Shown here piece by piece: positions 11,719 through 23,322 of a stretch of DNA of 50,311 nt. Within the stretch, counting starts at the first letter, position 1, and every line of letters starts with the position of its first letter. The stretch is taken from the NCBI RefSeq assembly GCF_001194135.2, contig NC_068982.1, positions 11,797,930 to 11,848,240 of the forward strand, read 5' to 3'. The DNA comes from Octopus bimaculoides. Lineage: Eukaryota. The position numbers and the translations under genes were made by a program. The notes under the pieces are model-generated. The model was given only the letters and a program-made list of their open reading frames with translations. It had not been told where the DNA came from and did not search any database.

Positions 11719-11849
11719 TGGAGTAAAGATTATTTGCCAACATAACATGACAGTCCTGGTTTAGGACGAATGATGCTGGGGCTAAATTACAGTAAAATTC
11801 ATCCTAAACTAGGACTGCCATGTTATGTTGGCAAATAATCTTTACTCCA
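11719..11849. repeat. Near-perfect inverted repeat (53-bp arms, 25-nt loop)
   Basis: Arms 11719-11771 and 11797-11849 are reverse complements with 3 transition mismatches. Confidence 0.95.
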
Positions 11850-11866
11850 TAAGCAGAATTGTTTAA

Positions 11867-12069
11867 CTCTTTAGCATTTAAACTGGCCATATCCAGCCCA
11901 AATATTCTCCTGGTTTTATGTTCAAACTGGCCAGATCCAGCATCTCACACCTACCTGGCGATATCATTCTAAAAATAAACAATCACATCTTTGGAATCTG
12001 CAGAATTAACGTTTAAAAATGTGAATAAATAAGCATTGCATTTGTCAGAAGAATCTGAATGGGAAAGGG
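11867..12069 (+). mobile_element. piggyBac-type MITE, family 1
   Basis: TTAA at 11863-11866 and 12070-12073; ends ctctttagcatt / aatgggaaaggg; related copies at 18964-19184 and 32055-32254. Confidence 0.8.
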
Positions 12070-12500
12070 TTAAGTCTTCAAAATAAATAAATGAATAATG
12101 CCTTCTGATATTTAATTCCAACCTTTTATGTCTTGAGTTCAAATCTCACTGAGTGCAACTTTACTTTTCATCATTCTGGGGTCACAGGGGGATGGTGATA
12201 AAAAAGAGTTCTGATGTAATTGTGTTTATGTTAGAAACCAATATTCAACTAATTTATATTTTAAAGCATTTACTATTATTATTCCTTACACTTTATTGAA
12301 GAATAGTTCTTTTAGATTCATTTGTATGGCTTTACTTGCAATACTAATTCTCTTCTGTCTTTTGTTTGGCTATTTTTCTCTGAGTTCCACCAGATGATTT
12401 ACCCGTTTCTATTTGACCTCTGAAAGCTATAATGGTATGTCATTGAAAGTATTATTATTGTAGCCAGCAGAAGCAGAACCTTTCAAGTCCCCAGTAAAAC

Positions 12501-12700
12501 GTCTATTCTACAGATATGTCTGAACAGATGCCAACGAATCTTTGCAAGATTAATGTTTAATTGTCCACATCCGCACCTTTTGTGGAATTGCATGTTGCCA
12601 TTTTTATTTCGCCATCAAGTAGGAATCATAACTGTTTATGGAGAAAGGAATCCAGCTTTTCTATTTTACTCTTATTACTTTTATCCACCTATAAAGAATC
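12501..12700 (-). mobile_element. Decayed RTE-like LINE ORF2 fragment (region after the RT domain)
   Basis: Minus strand gives EKLDSFLHKQL*FLLDG, then after a frameshift KRCGCGQLNINLAKIRWHLFRHICRID, resembling the KLDSFHR...RWxLFGHIxRxD motif. Confidence 0.55.
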
Positions 12701-13771
12701 ACCATTCACTGGAACACATTATGAAGACACATGGAAAGTACTTCTCCCCCTGTTGAGATCTGTCTCATAAAGACCACAATAATTTTAATGCAGACATTAC
12801 CAGAATTATTTCATGTATAACATTCTAAACATCACAAAAGAAAAACAGTCTCCATTTGATTTGTGAGAGCGGCAGATAAGATATCTGCAGTATTTACATT
12901 CTGAGTTCAAATCCTGCCAAGATTGATTTAGTCTTTCATCCTTCTGGAGTTAATGAAATGAAATTCCAGCTGACTCCTGAGAATAATCATTCATTTAATA
13001 CAACCTTGATGTAAATTGAATTATAAAAGCAGATCTTATTTTGTATCTCTCTTGATGATTGTAAAATTAGTCTTTTCAATGTTTATACAGAGAAATTATT
13101 TTGTAAGTGCCTTGGAAATGTTCTATCAAATTTTTTAGGAATTTCTGCAGCCATCAAAATGAAATGTAGATTCCTAGTGTATATAATTCAAAACAAAGTT
13201 AAAGTGCTGGACTACTAACCACTGTAATTTTATTTATACTCTTACTAAATATGGTTTGTTTTAATGAATAAAAGCAAAGTTCTGCTCTTACTTTATAATT
13301 GAATGTTTTGCTGAAGGAAAGGTATTCAAGTGTAAACACAGTTGTTTCAATAAAAGACTATTGCAAACATGATAAAATTAATGCAAGACAATAAAGCTGT
13401 AGGTGGTATTAACCTTGCTTATCTCAGATGTACCAGTCTACCTCCAAGACATGAAAAATGTCAGTAAATGAAAATTGTTTTGTGATAGACCAATCATCCG
13501 TTATTGTTATCACCATCGTGTTTTTTATGTTTTCCTTCTCACTCTCCGTACTGGCATGGGTTGGATGAGACACCTCGAGGTAGTATTCTATGGCTAGATG
13601 CTTCTCCTATGCCAACTCTTGTTTTTCAAATAAGGCATTTTTATTTCATTGGATATCACACATTGTAACTACCAAACTACAGATGATGTTTACAGGTGCT
13701 GATGTATTACCATTGCATAAATAGTGCAATGCAAAGACTAAAAATAAGCATTGATGCACGCGCACATGCGT

Positions 13772-13814
<43 letters not shown>

Positions 13815-13822
<8 letters not shown>

Positions 13823-14140
13823 CAGTTACAACAACAAAGTTTCCAGCTGATCCGATCAACAGAACAGCCTACTTGTGGGATTAACATGCAAGTAGCTGAG
13901 TACTCCACAGACAGTTGTACCCTGAAAGTAGTTCTCAGGGAGACTCAGTGTGACACACAATGTAACACGTTTGGCCCTTTGAAAAATGGGTACGACTCAC
14001 ATTTGCCAGGTAAATGGACTAGAGAAACTTGAAGTAAAGTGTCTTGCTCAAAGTCATAGTGTATCACTGGATATTGAACTCATGATCTTACAGTTGCAAG
14101 CCGAATACCCTAACCACTTAGTCATGCACCTTCACCCACC
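13815..14140 (-). mobile_element. SINE family D, near full length
   Basis: Contains gtagttctcagggagactcag, gtgtcttgctcaaag and gccgaataccctaaccact, shared with other D copies. Confidence 0.8.
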
Positions 14141-14660
14141 CTCTACACACATGCAAACACATATCATATGACAGTTTTCATGCATCAGTTACACTCATAA
14201 AACATTGGTCAGTTTGAGACTACAGTAGTAGACATTTGTATCCCACCGCATAGCAGTAGGATTGAACCTAAAGTCATTGAGTTATGAAGTGAAGCTTGTA
14301 CCATATTTCTACACCTCCAAGAAATCATCTAATGAGCATATAAGATATCTTGCATACACTTCTTAATAATGGTTTTGGACAAGATGATATTTCTCACATG
14401 CAAATATCTTTTTTATATCCTGTATTCTTCCAAACCATTTTTTCTGTATGGATCTCTTTGATTCCTATTTTCTTGGATGGATCCTCTAAACCCTTTGATG
14501 TTTATGAAATAATATCATATTTTTATATTTTATTTTATTTATGCGCCCTTTTAAAGCCTAGCCAGGTTCATGGGCCCGGTTTCCTGGTTTCTATGGTATA
14601 TGTGTTTCTCCCCAGCTTGACGGGACACTAGTCCATCGCATATTTTTATAACTGAATATT

Positions 14661-14862
14661 TAATTTTTTATTGCCCACAGGGGGCTAAACATAGAGGGGA
14701 CAAACAAGGACAAAGGCATTAAGTCGATTACCTTGACCCTAGTGCGTAACTGGTACTTATTTAATCTACCTTGGCGGAATTTGAACTCAGAACGTAATGG
14801 CAGACGAAATACCGCTAAGCATTTTGCTCAGCGTGCTAACGATTCTACCAGCTCGCCACCCA
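14661..14862 (-). mobile_element. SINE family B, tail type 3, with 14-bp TSD
   Basis: TSD tataactgaatatt at 14647-14660 and 14863-14876; tail attgcccacagggggctaaacatagagggggacaaac (plus strand). Confidence 0.9.
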
Positions 14863-15040
14863 TATAACTGAATATTATTTGGAATTCTACTACAGTAGAA
14901 GACACTTGTACTCCACTGCTCTGTGGTAGGATGGAACCTTAAGTCATATATTTATGAAGTGAATTTTGTACCTCATTGCTATGCCTCCAAGAAATCATTT
15001 AGTGAACATAAAGAATATTTCACATACACTTCTTAATAAT

Positions 15041-15466
15041 GGTTTCAAATTTTGCCAATAAGGGCAGCAGTTTTGGGGGAGGGGATGAGTTGATTACATT
15101 GACTCCAATGTTCAACTGGTACTTATTTTATCGAGCCTGAAAGGATGGAAAGTAAAGTTGACTTCGGTAGACTTTGAACTCGGAACATAGCGACAGGTGA
15201 AATACTGCTAAGCATTTTGCCCATTGCTCTAACAATTCTGCCAGTTTGCCACCTTAAACACTTCTTAATAATGATTTCAAATTTTTGCCACAAGGGCAGC
15301 TTGGGGGAGGGGATTAAAGTGTAACTGGTACTTATTTAATTGATCTCGAAAGGATGAAAGACAAAGTTGACCTCAGCGGAATTTGAACTCAGAATGTAGT
15401 GGCAGACGAAATACCACTAAATGTTTTGTCTGGTGTGCTAACGATTCTACCAGCCCGCTGCCTTTA
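15041..15466 (-). mobile_element. Two head-to-tail SINE family B copies, tail type 2
   Basis: Copies at 15041-15256 and 15274-15466, separated and flanked by acacttcttaataatg (15026-15041, 15258-15273, and 15468-15483 with 2 mismatches). Confidence 0.88.
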
Positions 15467-15544
15467 AACATTCCTTAATAATGATATCACATAGTTATCA
15501 TGTGAACATCCCTACTCACATGTTTGCACCTATCATCATTGTCA

Positions 15545-15830
15545 CCATCATCATCATCATCATCATCATCATCATTTAGTGTCTGTTTTCCTTGCTGGTA
15601 TGGGTTGGATGGTTTGACAGGAGATGGTAAGCTGGAGTGCTGCACCGGGATCTACTGTTTCGGCATGGTTTCTATGGCTAGATACCCTTCCTAATGCCAA
15701 CCACTTCAAAGAGTGTACAGGGTGCATTTTATGTGGCACCAGTACGGGTGCTTTTTATGTGACACAGCATGGAGCCTTTTACATGGTGCCATCTTGGGTA
15801 CTTTTTATGCGACATCAGCATATCTAATAT
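15545..15830 (-). mobile_element. Retroposon family C ((GAT)n tail)
   Basis: (cat)n then catttagtgtctgttttccttgctggtatgggttggatgg...ccttcctaatgccaaccac. Confidence 0.82.
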
Positions 15831-16065
15831 CATCGCTTTACGTATCTAAGTAGTTGCAGGTTTGAGGAGGAAGCAAGCTATCAGAAGTACCTGTCTCTGA
15901 TGTATGATAGCTACCAGTCTTCAAAAAGGTTTACTGAAGAACCACTGTCGTAATTCAATTGACTACATTTCTCGCTTTTATATAAGGGTCTCTCTTTTAC
16001 ATTATTTTCAAAATTTCATTTGTCTGCATCATTGTGAGAAGTTTCTGTTATTTCAAGTAGTTGTT

Positions 16066-16122
16066 CGGTTGGCTGGTTGGTTGGTTGGTTGGTTGGCTGG
16101 TTGGCTGGTTGGTTGGTTGGTT
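16066..16122. repeat. (TTGG/CTGG)n microsatellite
   Basis: Direct tetranucleotide run. Confidence 0.9.
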
Positions 16123-16544
16123 GTTACTGTTGAGTTGCTTCACTTAACTCTACCTTCACAGATCAATGGCATGGAAGTAGCTGATTAAATAAGTTGATTG
16201 ATTGGCAGCTCTAGTTATTTCTGGATGTAGTTATTCAATCTTTAGAGTGATATATATTCTCTCCTAATATTTTCAGACTTACAAATATGGTTCCCATTTT
16301 GAAGATAGAAAGTTTGTTGAAGAAGAACTAGTTTACCTGTATTGAGCAGATTTTAATACCATAGTTGGTTGGACGAGATGACATTTCTCACCTGCAAATA
16401 TCATTGTTATATCCTGCATTCTTCAAAACCAGTGTTTCTTAACCATTTTTTTCTGTATGGAAACCTTCAATTCTTATTTTCTTGGATGGATCCTCCAAAC
16501 CCTCCGATGTTTATCAAATAATACCATATATTTGTGGCCGGTGA

Positions 16545-16889
16545 CAATACTGGTTGATTGGCACCTGTGCTAGTGGTACATAAAAAGCACCATTTGAGTG
16601 TGGCCGATGCCAGTGCTGGCTGACTGGTCCCATGCTGGTGGTATGTAAAAAGCACCATTTAAGTGTGGTCACTGCCAGTGCCACCTGACTGGCTCCTGTG
16701 CTGGTGGCACGTAAAAAGTACCCACTACACTCTCTGAGTGGTTGGTGTTAGGAAAGGCATCCAACTGTCGAAACCTTGCCAGATCAGATTGGATCGTGGT
16801 GCAGCCTTCTGGCTTGCCAGTCCTCAGTCAAACCATCCAACCCATGCCATCATGGAAAGCGGATGTTAAATGATGATGATGATGATGAT
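16545..16889 (+). mobile_element. Retroposon family C, with internal tandem subrepeats and (GAT)n tail
   Basis: Repeated gtgctggtggcacgtaaaaagcacc-like units, then gtggttggtgttaggaaaggcatcc...ggaaagcggatgttaaatgatgatgat. Confidence 0.85.
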
Positions 16890-16924
16890 TATCTTTGCAA
16901 CTCATTGATTTCATTAGATATCAT

Positions 16925-17478
16925 TCTTGTTTCAGTCATTTGACTGCAGCCATTCTGGAGCACTGCCTTTTAGTCGAACAAATCGACCCCAGGACTTATT
17001 CTTTGTAAGCCTAGTACTTATTCTATCACTCTCTTTTGCGGAACCACTAAGTTATGGAGACGTAAACACACGAACATTGGTTGTTAAGTGATGTGGTGGT
17101 GGGGGGGGGGCAAACACAGACATGCAAATACATACATACATATATACATATATATAGTTGAATTTTGCAGAAAAACAAAAGATGAAGACAGGTGTATAAA
17201 CAACAAACAGGTGTATTAGTTTAACACTCTTCAACAGAAAGGAACCCAAGGAAATAGAGAGAGAATAAAAAATCTTTTGGAGATAGCAGTAATATATATA
17301 TATATATATATATATATACAACGAGCTTCTTTCAGTTTCCGTCTACCACATCCACTCAAAGGCATTGATCGGCCCTATAGTAGAAGACACTTGCTCAAGG
17401 TGTCACACAGTGGGACTGAACCCGAAACCATGTGGTTGGGAAGCAAGCTTCTTGCCACACAGCCACTTCTGCACCTAT
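16925..17478 (-). mobile_element. SINE family A, full length, interrupted at about 17160-17290
   Basis: Tail cttgtttcagtcatttgactgcagcc at the left, head acagtgggactgaacccgaaaccatgtggttgg at the right; a foreign segment sits in the internal (TA)n. Confidence 0.85.
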
Positions 17479-18963
17479 ATAAGTTGTGATATTTGCTAAT
17501 TAGAAGAGAGAAGTGAATATTATTAGCTAAAGGTGTAATCCAATCAGCCCTGAATATTGTGTGCTGCAAGAAGCAGCTCGGTGTGTTGTGTGGGTAATAA
17601 AATTATTTCAAAAAATATTTTAAAAATTCCAACTGAAATTCAAGGTTTCATTTATTGAATAAATAAATAAATATATATTTAATAATTTCCTGTAGTTTAA
17701 ATTATATTTATAGCCTAAATTATGTAAATACCATTTTTCAAGATATTTTCATTTTTTTTTTTTGTTTTTTGGATTTTATTCAGAAAGTGAACTAAAATAT
17801 TTTTATTTGCTTTAAAATCAGTTGTTAGTTAAAAGAAAAAGAAACAAACAAAACAAAAAAAAAAAGCAAAAATGTGAACCAGTGAAATCGGTAATAGTTA
17901 TGTTATGTTTTTTCACAGAAGAATGAGTTTTGTGACATTCAAAGTTATATTTATGTAAGTTTTCAATGCAAAGCCAATCGTGATTATTAATGTTTCAAAT
18001 ATTTGTTAGTGATTTAACTTCTCGTGGAATTTTTTTTTATTGACATTTCTGACGCTGTGATGATAGTAGTTTTGTAAATATCATTGAACAACAATTATTT
18101 ATTCAGCAAATTTTTTTTCCTCCCTAATAGATGCCAGAATACATCTTTATAAAAATGATCTACAACTTGTAGATACTTCAAACTTCTACTGGCTTTATCA
18201 TATCTTTCTCTCCTCCATTTTATTTTAGAGATACACCACACACACACACAGAGTTTTACACTCCACCCATCTGCTCCACCTTTTCCTCTGTCTATGTATT
18301 TGTCAGAGTGTCTGTCTGATTCTCTCTCCCTCTCTCTTGCTCTTCTTTCATATGATTACCTGTCAAGAGAATATAGATAGAAATTCCAGTCACAAATGAA
18401 TTTCTATGTCTTAATCTACTTGAAATAACATCCTCAGGATATTAACAACCCCATTGTCTTCATTCAAATGTATATAGTGTACCAACCTGTTTATTGCATT
18501 CATTCTATGAATTTATTATATAAATAAATTTTTCAATAGGCTTCACTTTTAGAATAGCCTTCATCATAGAATTCAAATTTACTTTTGTTCGTAAAGTAAA
18601 TAGTTGTATCAAGTTTTGTGAGTTTTATGAATGACTATGAAAATTATTGTGGAATTATGGTAATTTCAACCATCATATCTCCTGAACCTTTAGCTTGTTA
18701 GGATGATTTGCAATGCTTCTGATATAATTTACCATAGAGTTAAAATAGGTGAACGAAAAAGATGTTTGACTCTCAAATAATTAGTTGTGACTTCTTACAC
18801 TAAATTGAATCTTTAGGCTAAACTTGAACTTGTATTTCTCCCATTGTTGTGAAAATGAATGTATATATTTTTGTCAAGTCAGTGAGAGAATTTTTGTATA
18901 ATTGTTTAGCCTGCTAAAAGAAGCAGACAAAATTTCCCTCAAAATCATTCAGTAAGCCAATCA

Positions 18964-19184
18964 CCCTTTAGTATTCAGATTTCCATGTCAAATGTAATGC
19001 GTTTTTTATTCACATTGATTTGAATTAGTCATGCCTTATCTTGTATCTTTGAGAATTCAATATCACGATTGTTTATTGTTTGAATATTATTGTAAAGTAG
19101 GTGTGAGAGGCTGGATGCAGCCAGTTTGAAAATAAAACAGGTAGAGTATTTTGGCCAGATATGGTTGGTTTAAATGATAAAGGG
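18964..19184 (-). mobile_element. piggyBac-type MITE, family 1, inverted copy
   Basis: Reverse-complement homology to 11867-12069; ends aaagggTTAA (TTAA at 19185-19188). Confidence 0.75.
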
Positions 19185-20420
19185 TTAAAGAGAAAGAATA
19201 TATTGGGTCATTTAGTTGTGAATAAAATATATCTGAGTAAAAGGTGGCAGGGTCATGCTGAGGATGGTCTGGGACAAAGATAAACAGTATCCTATGTAGC
19301 CTTCCATTTTGTTGAACTATCATAATTAATCAAGAGAGATTATTAAAACATTTAGTTGCGAAACACCTTACCTGAGTGTTGAGTGAAAAGTCTGGTCTAA
19401 TATTTAGTCTAATTCATGCTAAGGCCTCTTTTAGCCATAAATGGCCATTGATTTCTGCACCTAGAAAGTTTCTCTCCAAAGAATAGTCTTAGACATGGTT
19501 GTTGTATTGAAGACAAACAATTGCTCAGGCAGATAAGTCTTCTGTTTCCACACCACTGATGGCATCCAAGGAAATGGCAAAGCTGATACAGCATGGCACC
19601 AGCATTATCACAGAAGTTGATGTCAGAATTGATAAAAACCAGAACAGATACTACTGCAAAGCATTCTGTCCATTGTGTAAACAATTCTGTCCATCCACCC
19701 ATTGGTTTGGTCTCTGTAAAAATCACCATTTATTATCCATTCAGGAGAGCAATAACTCTGAATAAAAGCTAATACAGGGTAGAAGGCCACCCAGGCACCC
19801 CCCCCCCCCCTTCATATCAGACGATCTCCCTTGTGTTTGTGACATGATTAATTGCAACCTTTATAAACCATTAGAGATTCACAGCACCAAAGCTGGTTGT
19901 TATTCTTTTCTGCTAAATGATGTGAGCTGTGATGACCTAGCTCACCCATGCCGGCATGGAAAAATGATGACGATGATAACGATGATGATGTGGTGGTGGT
20001 GATTATGATGATGACACTGCAGGCTTCCTTATAGTTTCCATCTACTAAATTCCATGTACAACAAATCAGTCGATTCGAGGCTAAGATGTGAGCAGAAAGA
20101 TTTGAACTCAGACCTGAGTAGTCAGAAAGCAAACTTCTTACCCGTTCAGCCATTATGTACTTTGTATGTCCTCTAACAGAGTACCCAAGTACTTATCAAC
20201 TTAGTGTGTCATAAATTTTTAAAGCAAACTAAGTTTCTGTTCCATGAAAAGAGATGCATTCGGTCATTTCAGACAGGGTCTGTTTTTAAAAGAAAATTCT
20301 TTGGAAGCAAATCAGGAGTATACAATATCATCACCACCACCACTACCATCATCACTATCATCATCACCACCATCATCATCATCACCATCATTATTTTAAT
20401 ATCTCACCCTATGCTCACAT

Positions 20421-20839
20421 CAATGCTGGATTAACCATTAAGCAAAATAAGCTCGTGCTTAGGGCATCAAAGAAAGGAGGGGGTACCACAGAAATGGTAA
20501 ATGGTTTACGGCACAAAAGAAATCATTTTAAACTTGCTAAAATAATATTCAAAGTGGTTTATATGATAGTAAATATAATTGTAGAATTGATGGTGTCATA
20601 GTGAGGATGTGATCAAAGACTTTGCAATAAAAAAAACTGGACATAACTTTTTAAATATAAATAAGGTGGACGTATACAAAAACAGACATTATTTCTCATC
20701 TTACTGATAGTTTTGTTTCATTTTGAAAATTAAAATTCATTTTATGGTTTATTATTGTTTATATTTTGAATTACATTAATATGGGGGCACCAAAGTCTTT
20801 TAAGTGCTTAAGGCCTCTATGAGTCTTAATCCTGCCCTG
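20421..20839. mobile_element. hAT-type non-autonomous element (MITE)
   Basis: Perfect 8-bp TSD gctcacat (20413-20420, 20840-20847); imperfect TIRs caatgctggattaa / ttaatcctgccctg (11 of 14 match). Confidence 0.88.
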
Positions 20840-21037
20840 GCTCACATGAATCAAATTGAGTTCACTGTGGCAGGTTTTCTGCAAGTGGATGCTCTTCCTG
20901 TCACCAATCCTCCCCTGTTAAACAAGGTAATATTTCCCCATGTTTTTTCACTGAAGACTGGAAATGAATAACATTGCTTGTATGATGGTGATGCCCATAT
21001 ACAAATATTGAATGATATCAAGACAAGTCAAAATAAT

Positions 21038-21100
21038 ATTCTTTTAGTCTTTTACTTGTTTCAGTCATTTGACTGCAGCCATGCTGGAACACCGCCTTTA
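21038..21100 (-). mobile_element. Isolated 3' tail of SINE family A
   Basis: Minus strand taaaggcggtgttccagcatggctgcagtcaaatgactgaaacaagtaaaagactaaaagaat, matching the 3' end of 37659-38051. Confidence 0.88.
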
Positions 21101-21196
21101 AAAAATATGGAACGCTTCATCAATTTGCATGTCATTCTGGCGCAGGGGCCATGCTAATCTTTTTTGTATCATTCCAATTTTAGTATATGTATTGCC
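21101..21196 (-). pseudogene. RNU6: U6 snRNA pseudogene (about 11 nt missing or diverged at the 5' end)
   Basis: 86 of 96 nt match the canonical metazoan U6 as recalled (manual alignment). The ACAGAGA box is mutated to ACAAAAA and several changes are at CpG sites. Confidence 0.95.
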
Positions 21197-21291
21197 ATGT
21201 GAAAATTTATACAAGCAACAATCAAATGGAAATTGTAGTTATGGCATATGTCAGTGCTGCATGATGGCTCCCATGTTGGTGGCACGAAATA

Positions 21292-21596
21292 AGCATCATT
21301 CATGTGTGGGTCATTGCCAGTGTCGCCTGACTGGCTCCCCGTGCCGGTAGCATGTAAAATGCACCATCCGAACGTGGCTGATGCCAGTGCTGCCTGACTG
21401 GCTCCCGTGCCTGTGGCACGTAAAAAGCACCCACTACACTCTTGGAGTGGTTGGCGTTATGAAGGGCATCCAGCTGTAGAAATTTGCCAGATCAGATTGG
21501 AGCCTGGTGCGACCTCCTGGCTTCCCAGTCCCTAGTCAAACCGTCCAACCCATGCCAGCATGGAAAACGGACGTTGAATGATGATAATGATGAAGA
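21292..21596 (+). mobile_element. Retroposon family C
   Basis: Internal subrepeats, then gtggttggcgttatgaagggcatccagctgtagaa...ggaaaacggacgttgaatgatgat. Confidence 0.87.
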
Positions 21597-22899
21597 AGAT
21601 GGAATAAACAGGCTTTAATCACAAAACCACAACAATTGTTTCTGTCATCAGATGCTGCGTTTTTCCATATCATACAATTACATAAATATTATATAAATAA
21701 TCACATAACTAAATATGACCCAGCAGCAGCAGCTATGTACTAGCACATCATCAGGTGAGTAGCTTTGAATATATAATATGTATTCAATCTCCTGCTCTCT
21801 TCAACCAGACCTTTAATCAAAGTACACCAGCCATGACATTTCCATTATATTTTCAAACAGTATCTAATTTTAAGATGGTAGGGTATGATTTAAGGGAATT
21901 AAACTTGTAGTTGCTGCCTCATTTGCTTGTGTTTACTTGGTTGATAAAAATGGTCTAAATAAATATCACTATTTAGGTATTTCTGTTTATTATTGAATTT
22001 CTCATGTTATAATGAAGTTGAAATCTTGGTTATATAAAACAAAATAAATTTTATTCGTAGTTTTAACTATCTAAAATTAAATAGCGGCAGCCTCTTCTGA
22101 TTGAATTTCTTTACAATAATGTATGATATTTTTAGTTTTCTATGGCAATGTCATAACAGATGTAGACCAAAAAGTTTTTGTTTTTCCTATAGAGTTTTCA
22201 AAGTGGTCCTATTTGAAATGTATTTGAGCAATTCATTCTGTCCTCAGTTTTATTGAGAATATGAATATTAGTATTCACTCCACACAGAAGACAATAAATA
22301 CTTTTTGTATTTTTTTTTTTTAGAGGTAGCTGTGATATGCTAATAAGTCATTAGTATTCAGTATAAATGGAAATGGTGATTGTTATGATAATGTTAATCA
22401 AGTACTATTAATAAGATATTTGTTGTGAATTAGAAACTAGTGACTCAAAAAATGCAGTAATGAAAGATAGTCCAAGCATAAAAACTTTCTGAAATTATTA
22501 ATATTTTGTGATCACATGATTAATACACCGAATAATAAATTATGTAGTCTGGTTTTTTTTTTTTTTTTTTTTTTTTTTTGTGAAATTTTATTTCCTTGTC
22601 ATAAGCTAATTCAGAAGAACTGGCATTTTACTGTTTTCTAAAAATGAAATTTTATTATATGTAGGATGTTAAGGCTAGTGAGTAAATGGTATATTTTCGA
22701 GCTCCTTGCATGCTGAATTCAAATCCCACTGAGGTCAATTTTGTCTTTTATCCTTCTGGAGTCAATAACATAAAGCACCAGTCAGATACTGGTAGGGATT
22801 ACATTGACTAATCTCCTCCAAATTTCTGGCTTTGAGTTTATGTTAGAAATTATTATACTCTCAAGCACAGCACACATCTTTGGCGATGTGCTGTGCTTG

Positions 22900-23318
22900 A
22901 GAGAACTTGTCAAGCCAAGTGCACCCATACTGGTGGTACATTAAGATCACTTTTCGAGCATTGGGCCTCATAGAGGCCAAGTGGCAGAGTTCCTTTTAAG
23001 CACTGGGCCTCATGGAGGCAAAATTGCTGAGCTTCTTTCAAGTGTTGGGCCTCATAGAGACAGTAACCAAGCCCTTTGACATTATGTCATGCTGGTGCCG
23101 GTGGCACATAAAAGTGCCCCAGTGTCATGCAAATGGCACGTAAAAGCACCCATTACATTCTCAGAGTAGCTGGCATCACAAAAGGCATCCAACCGTAGAA
23201 AACCATGGTAAATAAGACTGGAGTCTGGTGCAGCCTTCCAGCATGCCAGCCCTGGTCAAATCGTCCAATCCATGCCAGCATGGACAACGGATGTTAAATG
23301 ATGATAATGATGATGATA
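22900..23318 (+). mobile_element. Retroposon family C variant with an extra ~41-nt internal minisatellite
   Basis: Three gggcctcat(a/g)gag units at 22963-23060; standard family C 3' end and (GAT)n tail. A related inverted copy lies at 48275-48640. Confidence 0.8.
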
Positions 23319-23322
23319 TAGT

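Noticed and set aside
21651-21760. Exon ending at the strong donor CAG|GTGAGT near 21754
   Set aside because: All frames from the upstream acceptor contain stops; a non-coding or micro-exon cannot be excluded.
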